Virus record (IMG/VR): IMGVR_UViG_3300047160_007353
Coordinates: 1 to 64,000 of that record
From: a virus
Taxonomy: Duplodnaviria > Caudoviricetes
DNA: 64,000 bases
Reading direction: 5' to 3' (one strand)
Made by a program: the position numbers and the translations under genes. Below the pieces are notes generated by a model. It searched no databases. It was given only the letters and a program-made list of their open reading frames with translations, and was not told where the DNA came from. This document shows positions 60,269-64,000 of this stretch, one piece after another. Position 1 is the stretch's first letter. Each line of letters starts with the position of its first letter.

Positions 60269-61581
60269 CAGGTCCAGTCCTCAAGTTTCGGATGGTAGGC
60301 GCCGCCGTAGCAGCCTTTGCACGCGTCTTCGGTTTCCTTGTCCTTGCCCGTGCCCATGCAGGTCCCACAGACCAACCAGTCGCGGGGATGCGCCATGCGG
60401 GAAATCTTGGCCACCGAGTGAAAGAAGAAGCCGTTGCCGTCAGGATGGCGCGTCTCCAGGCAGTATTTCTTCCAGGGCTTGCGGATTCGCGCCACGGACT
60501 CGTAGATCCGCCGGTACAGGATGGCGTCGCGACGGAAAGGACCTTTGCGCTGGAGCAAGGCCAGGAGGCGGTGGCAGTGGCGGGCAAGCCATTCGTCGTC
60601 GGTGAGGTCGGCCTCCTTCGTCCTCTTCTTCTCCTCGTCCTCGGTGCTGGCCTCCTCTTCGGCATCCGAGCCAGCCGCCTTCTTCTTTCCGCCGGAACGG
60701 GCCTTTGGGGCTGCGGCCTTCTTCTCCGCCGCCTTGGCGCCGGCCGTCTTCTGGGCCACCCGCACCGCCTCGTCGTGGCTCATGCCGGCCGCGATCATCT
60801 TGATGGCATTGTCCACCTCCTCCTGGTCCTTCAGGGAGGCCAGCTTGGCGGCGACCTCGTCGTTGCAATTGCTCGCGTGGAGGGCCTTGAGCTGGTCCTC
60901 GGTCAGATTGTTGACGATCGTGCACAGGCGCTCCGCCGAGGACTTCGCGATCCCCAGGGCGTTCATCAACACCTGGTAGAAAGGCGTGTTCTCCTCCGCG
61001 ATCTCCTTGCGACGTCCGTCGATCCGCTCGGCCCGCTCCTCAGTGGTCGGCTCGGACTTCTCCGCCTCGATCTCGGCATCAACCTGCTTTGCCGCCTCCT
61101 TCTTCTGCCGGAAGTTGGCTCCGGTCCCGTGGGCCAACGGATAGCGGGCCTGGTGGATCGAGGACCAGTCCTTGATGGACAACTTCGTCTGAAGCTCGTC
61201 GAGGCCCATGCGGAAGAGGTTCTCCGCGTACTCCATGGCCTTCGCGAGTTGTTCGTCCAGGTCGGTGGCGACCCGGCACGGGATGTCAGTCCAGTTCAGG
61301 ATCTTGGCGCAGGTGTAGACGCGCTTGCGTCCGCAGATCACCTTGTAGGTCCCGGGCTTTCCAGCCACCGGCATCACCACCGGGAGCTGGATCAGTCCGT
61401 CCTTGGTGATCGAGTCGGCCAGGGAGTGACAGAAGTCCTTGGTAAACGGCGTCCTCGTCGTATCCGGTTTCTCGATCGTGAGACATTCGACCGGTATCGT
61501 TTGTTCGGTCATGTGTTCGTATTGCTCCGTCTGTGCGGTGGTGTTGGTCAGGAGGGTGTGGGTTGTCATCGGCGACGACAT
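60268..61581 (-). CDS. ParB/Srx-domain protein with C-terminal CxxCxGxG zinc finger
   Basis: LADSITKDGLIQLPVV...VICGRKRV...ENLFR (ParB-like N-terminus); CGTCMGTG...CKGCYGG. Start is 61581 or 61512. Confidence 0.75.
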   Translation of the reverse strand: MSSPMTTHTLLTNTTAQTEQYEHMTEQTIPVECLTIEKPDTTRTPFTKDFCHSLADSITKDGLIQLPVVMPVAGKPGTYKVICGRKRVYTCAKILNWTDIPCRVATDLDEQLAKAMEYAENLFRMGLDELQTKLSIKDWSSIHQARYPLAHGTGANFRQKKEAAKQVDAEIEAEKSEPTTEERAERIDGRRKEIAEENTPFYQVLMNALGIAKSSAERLCTIVNNLTEDQLKALHASNCNDEVAAKLASLKDQEEVDNAIKMIAAGMSHDEAVRVAQKTAGAKAAEKKAAAPKARSGGKKKAAGSDAEEEASTEDEEKKRTKEADLTDDEWLARHCHRLLALLQRKGPFRRDAILYRRIYESVARIRKPWKKYCLETRHPDGNGFFFHSVAKISRMAHPRDWLVCGTCMGTGKDKETEDACKGCYGGAYHPKLEDWT

Positions 61582-61615
61582 AGAAGCATAGGTCCCTTCG
61601 GAAGCGGGAATCTCG

Positions 61616-61638
61616 TGAAACCTCAAAACGAGGCTTCA
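61616..61638. promoter_or_regulatory. 23-bp quasi-palindrome, copy 6
   Basis: TGAAACCTCAAAACGAGGCTTCA, upstream of the ParB-like gene. Confidence 0.8.
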
Positions 61639-62208
61639 GCGAAAATCGGCCTGTAGTCGTGTGAAAGAGAGATCATGTGAGGGATGAGAAACAGAAGAAA
61701 AGCCCTGGAAAAATCCCGTATAAGTGTTCTCTTATGGACGTAACTCCTTTCAGGATAGGGGGTTGGAATCTTCATCTGAGTTTGTCTATCTTTCTGTTTG
61801 GAGGAATGGTTATAATGACATTTAACAACAGCTCCCTTCCTTAAACCGTAGCGGGCAGGATGACCGCGGAGGGGGAGGGGGCTGTAGGCCCCCCATCCGT
61901 CTCGTAGCCAGCGCGAGCGCAGAAGGCAGCCTGAGGTGGGCGAGTACGCCTGGACACCGTCGGAGGTGAGGAAGGACAACGTCCTGACGAGCCGACAAAG
62001 CTAAGCGTTCGGAGCGGAGCGTAGAACGCGTGCGCAGACATGGATGTCCTTTGCTCGTGAGATTCAGACTTCGTCGTACAGACGAAGCTGAAGCGAACAC
62101 TATTGAGCGCGCTTGTCTTTTTGTTCTAGGAAGAAGAGAAGAAACGACAAGGGGGAGTTAAGGGAAATTGCGCTTGCTTGTTAACGCAGTTTCCGGATAA
62201 GCAAACGT

Positions 62209-62279
62209 TTGTTCCTTCACCGTTCCTTCACCGTTCTGAGAACGTTCTGGGAACGGTACTGGAACGGTGCGCACCGTTC
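62209..62279. repeat. Iteron-like ACCGTTC/GAACGGT cluster (candidate replication origin)
   Basis: ACCGTTC at 62219, 62230 and 62273; GAACGGT at 62251 and 62262; lies in a ~670-bp probably non-coding gap beside prim-pol. Confidence 0.7.
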
Positions 62280-62307
62280 AGCACCATTTTATGCGATTCA
62301 AGCGTCG

Positions 62308-63261
62308 TCAGTCAGAACGAAGAGAATCCAGGCAATCCTGCCATGAGGGGAAGGCGCCCAGCTCGACGGCCAGGTCAAGGAAGCTGAGGACCGTGCCGCG
62401 GCCATGGTCCATGTAGACGCCCGTCGTCGGGCAAAAGGTCGCACTCGGGTGCCGGTCGTCCCTGTCGATCGCATGGCATACCATCCACTGTTGCGCGGGG
62501 TTCGACTTCATCGAGAAACGCAGCCCCCACTGTCGGGCAAGCCTGACCTTCTCCGTAGGGGACACCCCGATAATGACGGAATCGCGATCGCTTGTCAACA
62601 GGCCAGAAAAAAAAGTTGTAAACTTTTCGTTACATGGTGGACGGAACTTCACCACCGGCTTAAACGTGGGAAGCTGGGTAATCCAGTTAGGCAGGTAGTC
62701 TGGAAGTGCCACCACCTCGGGCCTATACCTTCCCGACCATCGATAATGTAAGCCGGTTTCTACATGAGTGGATGGCGGAGCGATTGCAAGGGCACCATCA
62801 CCAAGGATGCGTATTTCTTTATGCTTAACCAGGCGTTCGGAATTGGGTGATTCCTGGACTGCCCATAGAAGGCGTGAGGGGAATTCCCCTACATCCTCGG
62901 GTATGCGGAAATAGAGATGGCGGCCACCTCCGCCGGTCTCGCAGATCCAGTGCAGGTCTGGACTCCACGAGTATTGCCGGCAGAGATGCCGCCATTTGAT
63001 CTGCGCGTCCTCGCCGTCCAGGTCAACCACCACGATCTTTGTGGATGCCTGGACGCGGGCGCCGGTCACAAGTTGTAGGTTTCGGGCTCGTCCCCAGTTC
63101 CGCTCGCAGTACCAAGAGGGGTGAATCCCTGAATCGCGAAGAACCCCGTATCCTCCAGCAATTGCGGGGCACTTTCGTTCCAGACAGGACGGGAGAGGGA
63201 GGAGGCCGCACGTTCGGAAGCGTCGAGCAGCTTCCAGTGCAGCCCGAGTTTCGAGTCGCAA
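62308..63261 (-). CDS. Bifunctional DNA primase-polymerase (prim-pol) domain protein
   Basis: NLQLVTG...IVVVDLDG...ETGGGGRHLYF...EIRILGDGALAIAPPSTH. Confidence 0.85.
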   Translation of the reverse strand: MRLETRAALEAARRFRTCGLLPLPSCLERKCPAIAGGYGVLRDSGIHPSWYCERNWGRARNLQLVTGARVQASTKIVVVDLDGEDAQIKWRHLCRQYSWSPDLHWICETGGGGRHLYFRIPEDVGEFPSRLLWAVQESPNSERLVKHKEIRILGDGALAIAPPSTHVETGLHYRWSGRYRPEVVALPDYLPNWITQLPTFKPVVKFRPPCNEKFTTFFSGLLTSDRDSVIIGVSPTEKVRLARQWGLRFSMKSNPAQQWMVCHAIDRDDRHPSATFCPTTGVYMDHGRGTVLSFLDLAVELGAFPSWQDCLDSLRSD

Positions 63262-63358
63262 GGAATCAGTCCCTCTGCCACCTCAGCGAATTCGAGTCGA
63301 GCACCAAACATATCTACCACATCTCGAACAAGGGAATCCCGCTCCAGCGGGTCCAGGA

Positions 63359-63387
63359 TTTGCGGCGGTATCTGGCTCCGCCGCAAA
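63359..63387. terminator. 10-bp hairpin after the SSB-like gene (possible terminator)
   Basis: tttgcggcgg / ccgccgcaaa; no strong U-tract. Confidence 0.45.
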
Positions 63388-63388
63388 C

Positions 63389-64000
63389 TCAGAAAGGGAT
63401 GTCGTCCACCGGGGTCTCGGGGACCGCCGTCGTCTCCTTGGCCGCATCGGCGATCATTTTTTCGACCTTGGCCTTGCAATTCTTGATCCACTTGACGTCG
63501 GTGCAGGCCCGAAGGCTTTCCATGACCTGGCCGCGCTTTCCCTTGCCGTCCGCGACAGAAGAGGCGATTTCACCCAGGGCCGCGATGACCTCTCCGTCCT
63601 CTGGACGTCTTCCGTTCTTGCGTTGCAGCAGAGCCGAGGTGGCCGCTGCGAGGGCCGACTTCGTGGCCATGAGGTCGATGCCCGCCGCATCCTCCTCCTC
63701 CGACACCTTAGGCGGCTCTTCCTTCTGGATCGCCGGCCCGAACTCACCTCCGTAACTGGCGAGGGTCTTGATGAAATCGACGGTCCTGGTCAGGCACTCC
63801 TGAAGGAACTCGGCTGACCACTGATCGACCTGCCAGGGCTGGCCGTTCCTCTTGGCGAAGTCGGCCATCTTCTGGACGATGGGGAACTTGAACATCTCCT
63901 CCATCTTCTTGCCCCAGGCATACGCCGCCTTGGAGCCGTGCTTGCCCCACGGCGGCTGAATGCCGAAGGCTTCCCTTCCTTCTCGTCTGTCAACCTCGGG
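63389..64000 (-). CDS. ssDNA-binding / recombination protein, C-terminal part (5'-truncated)
   Basis: Frame is open to the window end; ends in DDIPF, the SSB-type acidic tail. Confidence 0.55.
   Translation of the reverse strand, partial: PEVDRREGREAFGIQPPWGKHGSKAAYAWGKKMEEMFKFPIVQKMADFAKRNGQPWQVDQWSAEFLQECLTRTVDFIKTLASYGGEFGPAIQKEEPPKVSEEEDAAGIDLMATKSALAAATSALLQRKNGRRPEDGEVIAALGEIASSVADGKGKRGQVMESLRACTDVKWIKNCKAKVEKMIADAAKETTAVPETPVDDIPF

Noticed and set aside
13587-61638. 23-bp palindrome as a CRISPR array
   Set aside because: Copies are 5-16 kb apart with no regular spacers and no cas genes.
61623-61979. 118-aa ORF upstream of the ParB-like gene
   Set aside because: Atypical composition and codon use, no SD; lies in the putative origin region.
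1-64000. tRNA, rRNA, tmRNA, reverse transcriptase/DGR
   Set aside because: No T-loop/cloverleaf, rRNA-like or YADD-type RT motifs noticed by eye. tRNAscan-SE and Infernal would be needed to exclude them fully.

Overview
This window is part of a GC-rich tailed-phage genome, probably podovirus-like and probably infecting Planctomycetota. No portal, terminase, tRNA, rRNA or CRISPR array is recognisable. Layout: (1) 1-23.5 kb, + strand: tail and ejection genes (beta-helix spike, repeat-fused nozzle-like protein, hendecad coiled coil, two giant paralogous proteins, one with three HExxH metallopeptidase domains), then nucleotide-metabolism genes. (2) 23.5-39.3 kb, - strand: early-type region with a region-4-less sigma factor, an SNF2-like helicase, a DUF6094-like methylase, a serine recombinase and many small ORFs. 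(3) 39.3-40.1 kb: non-coding repeat array, a possible genome end. (4) 43.2-48.5 kb, + strand: scaffold, major capsid, decoration protein and a glycosyltransferase. (5) 48.6-64 kb, - strand: exported and membrane proteins, a second sigma factor, RusA, MazG-like protein, N4/N6 methylase, glycoside-hydrolase-like protein, helicase, ParB-like protein and prim-pol. Best leads: a ~205-nt RNA with 6S-like fold between a consensus sigma70 promoter and an intrinsic terminator (46.8-47.0 kb); a 23-bp quasi-palindrome, TGAAACCTCA-N3-YGAGGCTTCA, at six gene junctions; and the triple lethal-factor-like protease protein. All family assignments come from motif recognition by eye and have not been checked by database search.
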